From the NCBI GenBank assembly GCA_963708075.1, contig OY970194.1, positions 6,944,001 to 7,008,000 of the forward strand: a stretch of DNA of 64,000 nt, written 5' to 3'. This DNA comes from Sedimentisphaerales bacterium (GTDB lineage Bacteria > Planctomycetota > Phycisphaerae > Sedimentisphaerales > Anaerobacaceae). The notes beneath the pieces are model-generated. The model was not told the DNA's origin. It made no database searches and saw only the letters and a program-made list of their open reading frames with translations. Below, piece after piece: positions 12,770 to 24,015 of this stretch (positions are counted from its first letter, which is position 1; the number at the start of each line of letters is the position of its first letter). The position numbers and the translations under genes were made by a program.

Positions 12770-13073
12770 GAGTGTCCTCCTTTAAGAGCATACAGTGAAC
12801 GTGGTCGTGATCCCGTTTGCATGCCTCCAACACCACCTACCGCCTGTCTGTCCCACACTCCACATCTGCCTGGCGTATGGATGAGCAAACGCAGACAAAC
12901 GTACGCACATCGAATTATGCTTCCCCGCCCCCGCACCAGTCAAGTGTTTCTCGGGAATATGGACGTGCCCGATCCCATTCAATCGATGGCTTGTCACGGG
13001 CTGCTCAGGCCGGAAAACGGACCGGCATTGCCTTGAAGAGGCACCCCCCGGTTTCTTTTCCGCCTGGCCACCG

Positions 13074-14477
13074 TCACTGCCGGCGTAAGCGATCCGCATT
13101 CCCTTGCCCGGATGTTGCGGAGGCGGGGGCAGTGCCTGTGACCGTCACCTGGACCTCCTTCGTCACGGCGTTACCGGAATCGTCGGTCACTGTCAGATAA
13201 GCCGTGTAGAGCCCCGGATTGTGGAAGGTCTTCACGGGATTGGGGTGAAGATAGAAGGGCTCCCCGCCGGGGGCGCCGTTCGGGTTGTAGGAGAAGGTCC
13301 CGTCGCCGAACGTCCAGACGTACTCGATGACCCGGCCGTCAGGATCGGTCGCCTCGGCCGAGAAGTGCACCGTCAGCGGCACATCGCCTTGCGTGACATC
13401 GGCCCGGGCTGTCACTTCAGGCGGCTGGCCCGTCACGGTCTTTCGCAGGTACCAAGACGTGGCTGTCGGATCGGTCTTGAAGAAGGCGTAGATCTGGTCT
13501 GCGCATTTCTGAGCCCCGGAGGCTTCCGGGTGCGGATTGTTGTACACGTCGCTCGTCGGCTCGCAGCACGTCCAGATCAGCCCATCCGAGCGGGGCTTGA
13601 GTCCGTCGCACCAGAAGTACGGACCCCACAGGATCAGTGGCGCTTTGACCTCACCTTTGGCGGGATCCCAATTCAGGTCCGGGTCGCCCTTCATCTGCTT
13701 GTCGATCATCCAGCGGACGGAGAAGCCCGCCTCATAGCAGTCCGGCTCGCCCTTGCGGTGCATGAGGTAGGCACGTTCCCGGCTGCTGTAGTACGCCAGC
13801 TTGACATTGGGGAAATGGACCTTGAGGTTGCGGGCCGTCGCCTCCAGATATCGCTGCAACTCTTGGGCGTAAGTCGGAAACGGCCCTGTTTCGCGCAGCG
13901 CGTGCAGGACCCAGATCACCTGCACCTGGGCCGGGGTGACTTTTGCCTTGGCCAGAAGGCTCTTCATCGTCGAATAGGTCGTGGAATCCACGGACTCCCA
14001 GTCCATGGCCGCTCGGGTCCCCTGGGCCCCATTGACGATCACCAGTTGCGGGTTGCGGGCAGGATCGTCCTCGGCCCGCTTGTGGAAAGCGGCGTGTGGC
14101 AAATCCGGACGGCCCTCAAAGAAGATATTCGTATTGGACATGCCCGCCGACATCATGACGATTTTGCCGCCTTCAGGGTCCGGATTGCCCTGGGCATCCA
14201 GCGGCTGGATCTGATTCCTCGCGATATCGAGCGCACGGGCCTCCAGCTCCGGCGGGCGAATGCACCACCCATCCGGATAAAGTCCGCCCAACTCCGTGTG
14301 GCCATCGCGCGTGTATGTCATCGGCCCCAGGTCCGGCAGGGGGATATACCCCAACTCGGTCAGGGAGGGGTCCATCGGGTTCTGCGGCTCGGCTGTTGTT
14401 CGCTGCGCTGCGATCCAGCAGAACCCGTGCGCGGCGATCGCGACCGTCAGGGCCATCGATATGTATTGCCGTTCCAT
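13074..14477 (-). CDS. Secreted protein with C-terminal PKD domain; N-terminal region possibly SGNH-like
   Basis: PLTVHFSAEATDPDG..YVWTFGDG..YTAYLTVTD (PKD); GMSN, NGAQG and HP motifs upstream. Confidence 0.7.
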   Translation of the reverse strand: MERQYISMALTVAIAAHGFCWIAAQRTTAEPQNPMDPSLTELGYIPLPDLGPMTYTRDGHTELGGLYPDGWCIRPPELEARALDIARNQIQPLDAQGNPDPEGGKIVMMSAGMSNTNIFFEGRPDLPHAAFHKRAEDDPARNPQLVIVNGAQGTRAAMDWESVDSTTYSTMKSLLAKAKVTPAQVQVIWVLHALRETGPFPTYAQELQRYLEATARNLKVHFPNVKLAYYSSRERAYLMHRKGEPDCYEAGFSVRWMIDKQMKGDPDLNWDPAKGEVKAPLILWGPYFWCDGLKPRSDGLIWTCCEPTSDVYNNPHPEASGAQKCADQIYAFFKTDPTATSWYLRKTVTGQPPEVTARADVTQGDVPLTVHFSAEATDPDGRVIEYVWTFGDGTFSYNPNGAPGGEPFYLHPNPVKTFHNPGLYTAYLTVTDDSGNAVTKEVQVTVTGTAPASATSGQGNADRLRRQ

Positions 14478-14762
14478 CTCAGTCGCCTCGATTGAGGGAT
14501 AATCCCGTTCCGGGGCACGATATCATCGGCCGTGGGGAGCCTAAGCACGCCGGCAGGTAAGACGCAGACGCACCTTCAGCTATTGCCGCAAAACCCGCAT
14601 TTTCGCAGTGCCCATGGCACTGACAGAGTCATTTTCTGCCGGGGAATCAGCAGAAGGATTGTGATCCGAAAGGGCCTTACAAGGATACGTAAAGTAGGGG
14701 TAGTGAGTGAATTGTTGTGATAGAGAACCAACATGGGGAAACCTATTTGAAGGGAAAAGGCT

Positions 14763-15517
14763 ATGTTAGGCAACGAAGAAGTACATGAGCATGAGCATGA
14801 GTACAGCGAGGGTGCTTATTCGCGGGACTGGTACGCCGGTTTGCGACGGCTGTCATGGGGAGCGATTATCGCCGGGGCATTGGTAACGATGGCGATTTTC
14901 GCGACGCTCCAGATACTTGGGGCAGGGATCGGTCTTTCCTCCATCGATCTGACAGGCCGCGAAGTTACAAGCGGCAGATCGCTGGGCATTGGGGCGGCGG
15001 TATGGTGGCTGATTGCGGGGCTTATCTCGCTTTTCATTGGCGGATGGGTCGCCGGGCGGTTTGCCTTGCTGCCGAACAAGCTGGATCGAATGCTGCACGG
15101 ACTAACCACGTGGGCGCTTTTCTACGTGATCATGTTCGTCCTGGCGACAACGGCGATGAGCGCTCTCGTGGGCGGCGGGCTCTCTATGCTGGGCAAAGGC
15201 GCTGAAGCGGCCGGTCAGGCAGCGGTTTCTCCGCAGGGCCAGCAGACGCTTGAGGAGCAGGGGCTGACGCCTGAGCAGATCCGGGACCGGATCGCTGCGG
15301 CTACGGGACCCGGTACTACTCCGCAAGAGCAGCAGGCAAAGGAGACCGGCGAGCAGGCGGCGAACATCACCGGCGGCACGTTCATCGGCCTCGCGATTTC
15401 GATGCTCCTGGGTGCTGTAGCGGCGGCGCTCGGCAGCCTGTTGGCGCCGCGCCATCTGTGCCCGCGTACAAACGTACCCCCGTCAGAACTGAGGCAGGTA
15501 CGTACGTTTCGCGATAA
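14763..15517 (+). CDS. Membrane protein (SWGAIIAG family); C-terminus probably frameshifted near 15443
   Basis: Four to five hydrophobic helices; alternative frame gives a clean end ..APSVPAYKRTPVRTEAGTYVSR* at 15517. Confidence 0.65.
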
Positions 15518-15765
15518 GCAGGAAGAACTGAGGCTTGAGGGGCGGGTCTCAACCGGCCGCTATCCCGTCGGGGTCTGCGGTCCTTTCCGCCGATAGCTGA
15601 CATTCAAGGCCCGCCCCCGGCCCCTTGCACAGACATCGCACCTTCCTCCTCGTCCACGAGCATGATAATTGTCTGTGGTTACAGTGGCTTTATCGTGCTT
15701 GACAACCAATATCCCATGGCTTATCTTGATGATTTCCATAGGTTTACGACGAGGAGTGCCAAGCA

Positions 15766-17433
15766 GTGTCAGAGAGAGTGGTAACGCGATTTGCGCCTTC
15801 GCCAACGGGGTATTTGCATGTGGGCGGGGCGAGGACCGCGCTGTTTAACTGGTTGTGGGCCCGCCGCACAGGCGGCACGTTCCTTCTGCGCATCGAGGAT
15901 ACCGACCTGAAGCGCAACACGCCCACCGCTGCTAAGCAGGTGATGCAGGACCTGCGCTGGCTGGGCATCGAGTGGGATGAGGGTCCGGAGGTCGGGGGGC
16001 CGAACGGGCCGTACTTCCAGTCGCAGCGGACGGAGACCTACGACCGGTATGTCCGCCAGTTGCTCGAAGAGGGCAGGGCGTATTACACCTTCGAAACCAC
16101 CGGAGAGCTCGACGCGATGCGGGCTCAGGCCGATGCCCAGAAGAAGGGTTTTGTCTATTCCCGGCCGAAGCAGTTTCCATCCGAAGCGGATGCGGAGCGG
16201 GCGCGGGCAGAGGGCCGATCCGTAACCGTTCGCTTCGCCATGCCGCTGGGCAAGCCGATTGTCGTGAACGACATCATTCGCGGTCAAATCTCATTCGAGC
16301 CCGCCGAGTTGGGCGATTTCATCATCATCAAGAGCGACGGCTTTCCGACCTACAACTTCGCCTGCGTCGTGGACGATTATCACATGAAGATCACGCACGT
16401 GATCCGTGGGCAGGAGCACCTGATGAACACGCCGAGCCAGCAGGCCCTCTGGCAGGCCTTGTTTCCGGATAGCCCGCCGCCGCAATACGCCCACATGTCC
16501 GTCACGGTCAGCGACACCGGCGGCAAGCTCTCCAAGCGGGAGCGCCCGGAGACACTCAGAAAAGTGATCCTGGAGAAGGCCAAGACCGAGCCTGAGATCG
16601 TCAGCATCATCTCCGCCAACAGCGGCTTGAGCGTTGAGGGCCTGCAGGACTTCCTCGACGGCAAAAAGGTTCCGGATATGCCCGACGTGGAGCGGGTGGC
16701 GGCGTATCTCGGTGTTCCGCTGCCGGAGATCAACATCATCGATTTCTTCCGCAGCGGCTATCTGCCCGAGACGCTGGTCAACTTCCTGGCCCTGCTTGGC
16801 TGGAACCCCGGCGACCAGCGGGAGATCATGACGACTGAGGAACTTGTATGTGCATTTGACCCGTCACGGCTGACGAAAAGCAACAGCCTCTTCGACCGCA
16901 AAAAACTCCTGGCGTTCAACACGGAGCACCTGCGAATCGAGCCTCGGGAGAAGGTCCTGGCGCACTTCAAGGCATATCTGAAAGAGAGGAATTCGCCCCT
17001 GCTTGCGGCCGATGACGAGACCCTGTTAAAGATCATCCAACTCTGCGAAGGGGCGCGAACATTTGCCGATATCGAGCGTAAAAGTGTTTTTATATTTATA
17101 ACTGACAATCGGATTGAATTCGACGAGAAGGCGGTCAGCAAGGTGCTCCTGAAGGATCGGGCTTTGGACATACTGCAGAGGGTGCGCGAGGAACTGGCGA
17201 GGATGGACCAGTTCACCGAGCAAGCCATCGAGGAGATGCTGCGCGGGCTGGCCGAGGAAGGACAGGTCGGCCTGGGCAAAGTGGCGCAGCCTTTGCGCGT
17301 GGCCTTGTGCGGCACGACCATCAGCCTTCCCATTTTCGATTCCGTGAGCATGCTGGGCAAGGAGCGTACGCTTCGGCGAATCGACCTGACCCTGGAGAAG
17401 TTCCGCTCCCGGACACAGGCGCAGACGGAGTAA
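15766..17433 (+). CDS. gltX: Glutamate--tRNA ligase
   Basis: TRFAPSPTGYLHVGG, LRIEDTD, THVIRGQEH, KLSKR; ~60 aa insertion after KLSKR. Confidence 0.97.
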   Translation: MSERVVTRFAPSPTGYLHVGGARTALFNWLWARRTGGTFLLRIEDTDLKRNTPTAAKQVMQDLRWLGIEWDEGPEVGGPNGPYFQSQRTETYDRYVRQLLEEGRAYYTFETTGELDAMRAQADAQKKGFVYSRPKQFPSEADAERARAEGRSVTVRFAMPLGKPIVVNDIIRGQISFEPAELGDFIIIKSDGFPTYNFACVVDDYHMKITHVIRGQEHLMNTPSQQALWQALFPDSPPPQYAHMSVTVSDTGGKLSKRERPETLRKVILEKAKTEPEIVSIISANSGLSVEGLQDFLDGKKVPDMPDVERVAAYLGVPLPEINIIDFFRSGYLPETLVNFLALLGWNPGDQREIMTTEELVCAFDPSRLTKSNSLFDRKKLLAFNTEHLRIEPREKVLAHFKAYLKERNSPLLAADDETLLKIIQLCEGARTFADIERKSVFIFITDNRIEFDEKAVSKVLLKDRALDILQRVREELARMDQFTEQAIEEMLRGLAEEGQVGLGKVAQPLRVALCGTTISLPIFDSVSMLGKERTLRRIDLTLEKFRSRTQAQTE

Positions 17434-17435
17434 CG

Positions 17436-18341
17436 ATGCCACTACTGGTTACGGGGTCCATAGGGATAGACACGGTCAAGACGCCCCACGGTCTCAGTGA
17501 GAACTGTATCGGGGGCTCGGCGATCTACTTCACCATGGCGGCGAGCTTCTTCTCGCACGTCCGGTTCATCGGCGTCGTCGGCTCGGACTGCCCGTTCAAC
17601 ATCCCCGAAATCTTCACCGGCAAAGACGTGGACCTGAGGGGCCTGGAAGTCCGGGGGACCAGCAAGACCTTCCGCTGGGCCGGGACCTACATGGAGACGA
17701 TGGACGACCGCGTGACCGACTACATGGAGCTCAACGTCCTGGCCGAGCATCCACCCGTCGTGCCCAAGGCATTCGCCGACAGCCGGTTTGTCTTTCTCGC
17801 CAATACTGCCCCGCGACTTCAAATCGAGCTGCTCAGCCAGATCAAGTCTCCGATCTTCGTAGCGGCTGATACGATGGACTGCTGGATCACGGACCACCTG
17901 GCGGACCTGAGCGAGCTGATGAAAAGAATCGATTGCCTCATCATTAACGCCGACGAGGCCAAGCTGCTGGCCCGGCAACTGAATCTGGTCCGGGCCGCCG
18001 AGCAGATCCTGACGATGGGACCATCCACCGTCATCATCAAGAAGGGGGAGTCGGGCTCATTGATGTGCCTGAAGGATGGGAGCCGATTTGTCCTGCCGGC
18101 CTATCCGGCCACGGAGGTCATTGACCCGACCGGGGCCGGGGACAGCTTCGCCGGCGGGCTCATGGGCTATCTCGCCCAGGCTCGCAAGACGGATTTCGAC
18201 ACACTCAAGACCGCCGTGGCGTACGGCACGGTCGTCGCCTCGTTCACGATCGCGGATTTCTCGCTCAACGGGCTGAAGAAGATCTCGCGTCATGACATCG
18301 ATAATCGATTGGAGATGCTCCGGAAGTTCACAAGCTTCTGA
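17436..18341 (+). CDS. PfkB-family carbohydrate kinase
   Basis: GGSAIY, DPTGAGDSFAGG signature. Confidence 0.92.
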   Translation: MPLLVTGSIGIDTVKTPHGLSENCIGGSAIYFTMAASFFSHVRFIGVVGSDCPFNIPEIFTGKDVDLRGLEVRGTSKTFRWAGTYMETMDDRVTDYMELNVLAEHPPVVPKAFADSRFVFLANTAPRLQIELLSQIKSPIFVAADTMDCWITDHLADLSELMKRIDCLIINADEAKLLARQLNLVRAAEQILTMGPSTVIIKKGESGSLMCLKDGSRFVLPAYPATEVIDPTGAGDSFAGGLMGYLAQARKTDFDTLKTAVAYGTVVASFTIADFSLNGLKKISRHDIDNRLEMLRKFTSF

Positions 18342-18355
18342 AGGGGTTGACAACC

Positions 18356-18922
18356 ATGCGTTGTTTCATAGCCATCGATATACCCGAGGACATCCGGGCG
18401 GACCTGACGGACCTGCAGAAGGAGCTGGCCGGCCGCGTGGATATCCAGAAGGGCGACGTCAAGTGGGTCGAGTCGGAGAGCATGCACCTGACGCTGAAAT
18501 TCCTCGGCGAGGTGCCGGACAATCAGATCGCCGAAGTCTGCAACGTCGTCAAAGACGTGGCGGCCCGGCATCAGGCGTTTGACTTTGACGTCAAGGAGGT
18601 CGGCTCGTTCGGCGGCCGAAGCGCCCGCGTCCTGTGGGTCGGGGCCGGGCTCCATAGTCCCGAGCTGCTCCGGTTGCAGGAGGACCTCGAAGAGCAGTTG
18701 GCGCAGGCCGGCTGGCCGAAAGAGGGCCGGCAGTTCTCGGCTCACCTGACGCTCTGCCGTATCCGCAACAGCAAGGCCGGCGAGAAGCTCGGCCAGCTCG
18801 CAGAACAATACAAGGACTTCGACCTTGGCACAGTCCGGGGTGACTCGCTCTGTGTCTACGAGAGCCAGTTGAGACCTGAAGGGCCAATGTACACCCGTTT
18901 GGGAAACTATAAGTTGCAGTGA
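18356..18922 (+). CDS. thpR: RNA 2',3'-cyclic phosphodiesterase (2H family)
   Basis: Two HxT motifs: HLTLKFLG and HLTLCR. Confidence 0.93.
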   Translation: MRCFIAIDIPEDIRADLTDLQKELAGRVDIQKGDVKWVESESMHLTLKFLGEVPDNQIAEVCNVVKDVAARHQAFDFDVKEVGSFGGRSARVLWVGAGLHSPELLRLQEDLEEQLAQAGWPKEGRQFSAHLTLCRIRNSKAGEKLGQLAEQYKDFDLGTVRGDSLCVYESQLRPEGPMYTRLGNYKLQ

Positions 18923-18923
18923 A

Positions 18924-18966
18924 GGAGTTCTGCAAAATAAGCCTGATTCCCATTTTGCAGAACTCC
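18924..18966. repeat. Perfect 15-bp inverted repeat between thpR and recA
   Basis: ggagttctgcaaaat (18924-18938) / attttgcagaactcc (18952-18966), 13-nt loop. Confidence 0.85.
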
Positions 18967-19012
18967 GGATAGAAACAGAAACAATGGAAGGGCGAGAGTT
19001 GGAGGTAGTTCC

Positions 19013-20080
19013 ATGGCAAAAACGAAGAAATCAACAACCACAGAAACCGCAAGTGACGGCAAGCAGGCGGCGCTGCATCGCGTGATCGCGCAGATCGAGA
19101 AGCAGTACGGCCAGGGCTCCATCATGCAGATGGACGAGAACTCCTATGCCCACATCGAGGGCATCAGCACCGGGGCGTTGTCCCTCGACATCGCGCTCGG
19201 CGGCGTGGGCATCCCGCGAGGCCGCGTCACGGAGCTGTTCGGGCCGGAATCGTCCGGCAAGACCACGCTCGCCCTGCATATCATCGCCAGCGCCCAAAAA
19301 GCCGGCGGCATCGCCGCGTTCATCGACGCCGAGCACGCGCTGGACACCACCTGGGCCAAGAGGCTGGGCGTGGACGTCAGCAGCCTGCTGGTCAGCCAGC
19401 CCGACACCGGCGAGCAGGCCCTCGACATCGCCGAGATGCTCATTGCATCCAATTCCGTGGACGTGATCGTCGTCGACTCCGTGGCGGCGCTGACGCCGAA
19501 GGCGGAGCTTGAAGGCGACATGGGCGACAGTCACATGGGCCTGCAGGCCCGGCTGATGAGCCAGGCGATGCGCAAGCTCACCGGCATCATCAGCAAGAGC
19601 AAGACGGCCCTGATCTTCATCAACCAGATTCGTATGAAGATCGGCGTCATGTTCGGCAACCCCGAGACGACCACGGGCGGAAAGGCCCTGAAGTTCTACA
19701 GCTCTGTCCGCCTCGACCTGCGAAGGCTGAACACGCTGAAGGACAACACCGGCGCGATCGGCTCCCGCGTCAAGGCCCGCGTGGTCAAGAACAAGATCGC
19801 GCCGCCGTTCCGTGAGACCGAGTTCGACATCATGTTCGATAGCGGAATCAGCTACGAGGGCGATTTACTGGACCTGGCGATGGCCCGCGGGGTCGTCGAG
19901 CGAAGCGGCGCCTGGATCAACTACGGCAGCGGCCGTCTCGGCCAGGGCCGGGAGAACGCCAAGAAGTACCTGGTGGAGAACCCCGAGCTGCGCGAGGAGA
20001 TCAAGGCCAAGGTCCTCGCCGGCAAGAACCTCGCCGGCGAGGCGGCGCCCTCGGAAGAGCCGGCAGAGGTCGAGGCCTAA
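19013..20080 (+). CDS. recA: Recombinase A
   Basis: [38 protein letters not shown]. Confidence 0.99.
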   Translation: MAKTKKSTTTETASDGKQAALHRVIAQIEKQYGQGSIMQMDENSYAHIEGISTGALSLDIALGGVGIPRGRVTELFGPESSGKTTLALHIIASAQKAGGIAAFIDAEHALDTTWAKRLGVDVSSLLVSQPDTGEQALDIAEMLIASNSVDVIVVDSVAALTPKAELEGDMGDSHMGLQARLMSQAMRKLTGIISKSKTALIFINQIRMKIGVMFGNPETTTGGKALKFYSSVRLDLRRLNTLKDNTGAIGSRVKARVVKNKIAPPFRETEFDIMFDSGISYEGDLLDLAMARGVVERSGAWINYGSGRLGQGRENAKKYLVENPELREEIKAKVLAGKNLAGEAAPSEEPAEVEA

Positions 20081-20116
20081 ACGACCGATTGAGGTGAGAA
20101 AAACCGTGAAGCCTGG

Positions 20117-20178
20117 GCAGGGGCAACCCCCTCGGGTTGCCCCGAACCAGCCGGGCAGGCACTGGGGCCTGCCCCTGC
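20117..20178. repeat. GTAG-type REP doublet (GCAG variant)
   Basis: gcaggggcaaccccctcgggttgccc ... gggcaggcactggggcctgcccctgc. Confidence 0.75.
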
Positions 20179-20202
20179 ATGTTTGTTGGAAGGTGTTGTG
20201 GA

Positions 20203-22921
20203 ATGCTGAGCGCCAAACAGATTCGCAGTGGATTCGTCGAGTTCTTCAAGGGCAAAGAGCACGTGTTTGTGCCGAGCTCGCCAATTGTGCCGCGCGATGA
20301 TGAGAACCCTGCTGTTCACCAATGCGGGCATGAACCAGTTCAAGGACATTTTCCTGGGGCTGCGGCCCCCGGACTGGCCCCGGGCGGTCAACAGCCAGAA
20401 GTGTCTCCGCGTCAGCGGCAAGCACAACGACTTGGAAGAGGTCGGCAAGGACACGTATCACCACACCTTCTTCGAGATGCTCGGCAACTGGTCGTTCAAC
20501 GATTACTTCAAGGCGGAGGCCATCGCGTGGGCATGGGAGCTGCTGACGAAGGTCTGGGGGATCAACCCGGACCAGCTCTGGGCCTCGGTCTTCGCCGGCG
20601 ACGATGCGGACGGCCTGCCCCGGGACGATGAGGCCGCGGAGCTCTGGACGAAGCTGACGCCCATCCCGCACGAGCGGGTCGTTGCGTTCGGCAGGAAAGA
20701 CAACTTCTGGGAAATGGGCGAAACCGGCCCGTGCGGCCCGTGCAGCGAGATCCACATCGATCTCGGCCCCGACCGCTGCGACAAGAAGGGTGTCCCCGGC
20801 CATGAGTGTCAGGTCAACGGCGACTGCGCGAGGTTCATCGAGCTGTGGAACCTCGTGTTCATTCAGTACAACCGCCAGCCGACGGGCAAGCTCGTGCCGC
20901 TGTCCGCCCGGTACATCGATACCGGCGCCGGACTGGAGCGGGTCGTCTCTGTGCTTCAGAACAAGCGGAGCAACTACGACACCGACCTGTTCATGCCGAT
21001 CATCGAGCGAACGGCCGAGATGTCAGGCCACAAGTACACCTCGCAGCTTGGCAGCAAGACCGATAATGCATTTCGGGTGATCGCGGACCACAGTCGCACG
21101 CTGGTGTTCGCCATTACCGATGGTGCGACGCCCTCCAACGAGGGCAGGGGGTACGTCATTCGTCGCATCCTCCGCCGGGCGTCGCGGTTCGGCCGCGAGC
21201 TGGACTTGCACGAGCCTTTCCTCTACAAGCTCGTTCCCGTGGTCGTCGATATGCTCGGCGACGCCTTCCCGGAAATCCGCCAGCGGGCCAATCACGTCGC
21301 GACCGTGATCCAGTCCGAGGAGGTCAGTTTCGGCAGGACCCTGGACCGGGGCCTCGAAATCTTCACGGCCGCGGCGAATCGCTCGGCGAAAACCCCCGCG
21401 AAAGTCATCAGCGGCGACGACGCCTTCCAGCTTTACGATACCTACGGCTTCCCGCCCGACCTGACGCAGCTCATGGCAAGTGAACGCGGGCTCAAGGTCG
21501 ATCTCGACCGTTTCGATACGCTGATGAAAGAGCAGCGGGAGCGCGCCAGGGCAGCCCAGAAGAGCGACTCGCTTCTGGCGGGCTTGTCCGACATCGAGCT
21601 GCCGGCGACCGAGGACCTTCACAAGTATCACACCGACCGCTGCGAAGCCACGCTCCTCGGCTGGATCGATGCCGAAGGATTCAAAAGGCAGGGCAATGTC
21701 CCGGCGGGGACCAAGATCGGCCTTGTTCTGAACAAGACCTGTTTCTATGCCGAGTCCGGCGGGCAGGTCGGCGACACCGGCGTCATTCTCACCAACGGCA
21801 GCCAGTTCGCCGTCCAGGCCACGATGAAGATCGCCAACTGCGTCGTCCATCGCGGCAAGCTGGCCCAGGGCTCGCTCCTCGCCGGCCAGAATGTCACGGC
21901 CATCGTCAGCGCGGATCGAAACTCCACCCGCAAGAATCATACAGCCACGCACCTTCTCCAGTGGGCGCTACAGCAGGTGCTCGGCAAGTCGGCCGCCCAG
22001 CAGGGCAGCTACGTCGGGCCCGACTATCTGCGATTCGATTTCACCTATCCGAGGGCGCCCACGAAGGAAGAGATCAGAGAGGCTGAGCGGCTGGTCCGGG
22101 AGAAGATCGCCACCGATGAGCCTGTGACATGGGTCGTATTGCCCAGGGAGCAGGCGGAGAGGCTCGGCGCCATGGCGCTGTTCGGCGAGAAGTATGGCAG
22201 CGAGGTCCGTGTCGTTTGCCTCGGCGCGACGGACAAGGACCACGTTGATGACGCGTTCAGCCGGGAGTTCTGCGGCGGCACGCACGTCGTCCACCTCGGT
22301 TCCATCGGCGGATTCAAGGTTCTCAGGGAAGAGAGCGTTTCGGCGGGTGTTCGCCGGATCACCGCCCTGACCGGCTCAGCCCTGATTGCCTACCTCGAAC
22401 GGGCCGGTGAGATCGTCGATCAGCTCTCCGCGCAGCTTCAGATTTCGACCGACAAGGTGGCCGATCGCGTCACGCAGATCATCGAGGACAATAAGCGCCT
22501 CACCAAGCAGCTCAAGACCGCCTCGAAAACAGGCGGCCCCGACACGATGGCCGAGGCGAGGAGCCTCCTCGAAGCCGGCGAGAAGATTGGCGGCTCGGTG
22601 GCCATCGTCGGACGGCTGTCTACGACGTCCGTGGACCGGGCCCGCGAGGCCATCGACATGCTCAAGAAGAAGGCCGGCTCGGCCGCGATTGTGCTGGCTT
22701 ATGAAGACGACGGCAAGGTGATGCTCCTGGCCGGTGTCACCGACGATCTCATCGGCAAGGGCCTCAAAGCAGGCGACCTCGTCAAGACCATCGCCCCCAT
22801 TGTTGATGGCGGCGGCGGCGGCAAACCCCAAATGGCCCAGGCCGGCGGCAAGACCCCCGCCAAAATCGACGAGGCGCTGGCCAAAGCCAAAGAGCTGATC
22901 AAGGCCGGACTCGCCGGGTAG
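20203..22921 (+). CDS. alaS: Alanine--tRNA ligase, single-base frameshift near 20303
   Basis: MLSAKQIRSGFVEFF..PSSPIVP in one frame continues as TLLFTNAGMNQFK in another; HHTFFEMLGN, HTATH, EFCGGTH, GGGGGKP. Confidence 0.95.
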
Positions 22922-23052
22922 ATTCAGAGCACGGAATGCGAAATCTGCGACAAATCGCCTGAAGGACTTCGCTGGTCAAGCGTCTGTTCTTCCAGAGTGT
23001 CGAAGTAAGGTCGTTGGGATTTGTCGAGCATTTGTGTTCTCGCGGCGGGTCC

Positions 23053-24012
23053 ATGATACACTTCGAATGTCCGCATTGTGGCGTGAAACTCAAGGTGCCG
23101 GACACCCATGTCGGCAAAGGAGGCCGGTGCCCGCACTGCAAGAGCAGAATCACAGTCCCGCAGATGCCCGTGCCGCAGCCGCGGGTCGATTTGGAGAGAG
23201 CGAGTGCCGCGACAGGCAGAACCGTGAGTCCTCTCCACGAGGCACTGTTTGATCTGCCGCGCAAGTCTGCGCCACTTGTGGCTCAGCCCAACACAGCGGC
23301 CGATGAAATGACGCCATCCGATGAGGAAACCCCTCGATCCGCTCTGGGTCTTTTGTTTTACCCGATAAGTGTCTCGGGCGTCATCCATGTGCTGATCTTC
23401 TCGCTCCTGCCGCCGCTCTGGGCACTGGCCGCGAAACTTCAATTCTGGATGTCGCCTGGGATCGGTCCTTTGCTCTGGCTGGTGCTGCTCGATTTGTACC
23501 TGGTGTATTACCTGTCCATGTGCCTCAGCGGCAGCGCCAGGGCCAGACTCGTGCCGCCGACATCAACAGTGCCTCTTCGCCGCTCTCGGTAGACGCCTTG
23601 CTTTCGACCTTCCAGACGATCTTCCCGGCTGTGGTTCTGATTGGGGCCGCGCCTATTGCGTATTTTGTCATCCGGGAACGGGTGGATTGGATTCTCATCC
23701 TCTGGACAGCGGCTGCCGGGTTCCTATTCCCGATGATTCTTCTCGCCGTCAACGACTTCGACTCTCTGCGAGGGGCCAACCCCTTCCTGGTTGTGCCGTC
23801 CATCATCAGTGTGCTGGGTCCTTACTGTGGACTTGTATTTGTTCTGTATGTCCTGACCGCGCTGGCCGGCGGGCTGATGTACCTGTCTTGCAGACCCGGC
23901 GGGACCTGGCTCGCCCGCCCGCCCGCCGATCATTTACATCCTTTTGTTGCAGACTCATCTGCTGGGGCGATTCTACTGGCGGTACCAGGGGCGCCTCAGG
24001 TGGGGGGCATGA
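23053..24012 (+). CDS. Zinc-ribbon membrane protein (DUF4013-like), frameshifts near 23541 and ~23920
   Basis: CPHC..CPHC N-terminus, several TM segments, C-terminus HLLGRFYWRYQGRLRWGA* in a third frame. Confidence 0.6.
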
Positions 24013-24015
24013 GCG

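Noticed and set aside
20203..22921. alaS pseudogene or programmed frameshift
   Set aside because: Essential gene, no slippery site evident, and the same single-base break pattern recurs across the window, so an assembly error is more likely.
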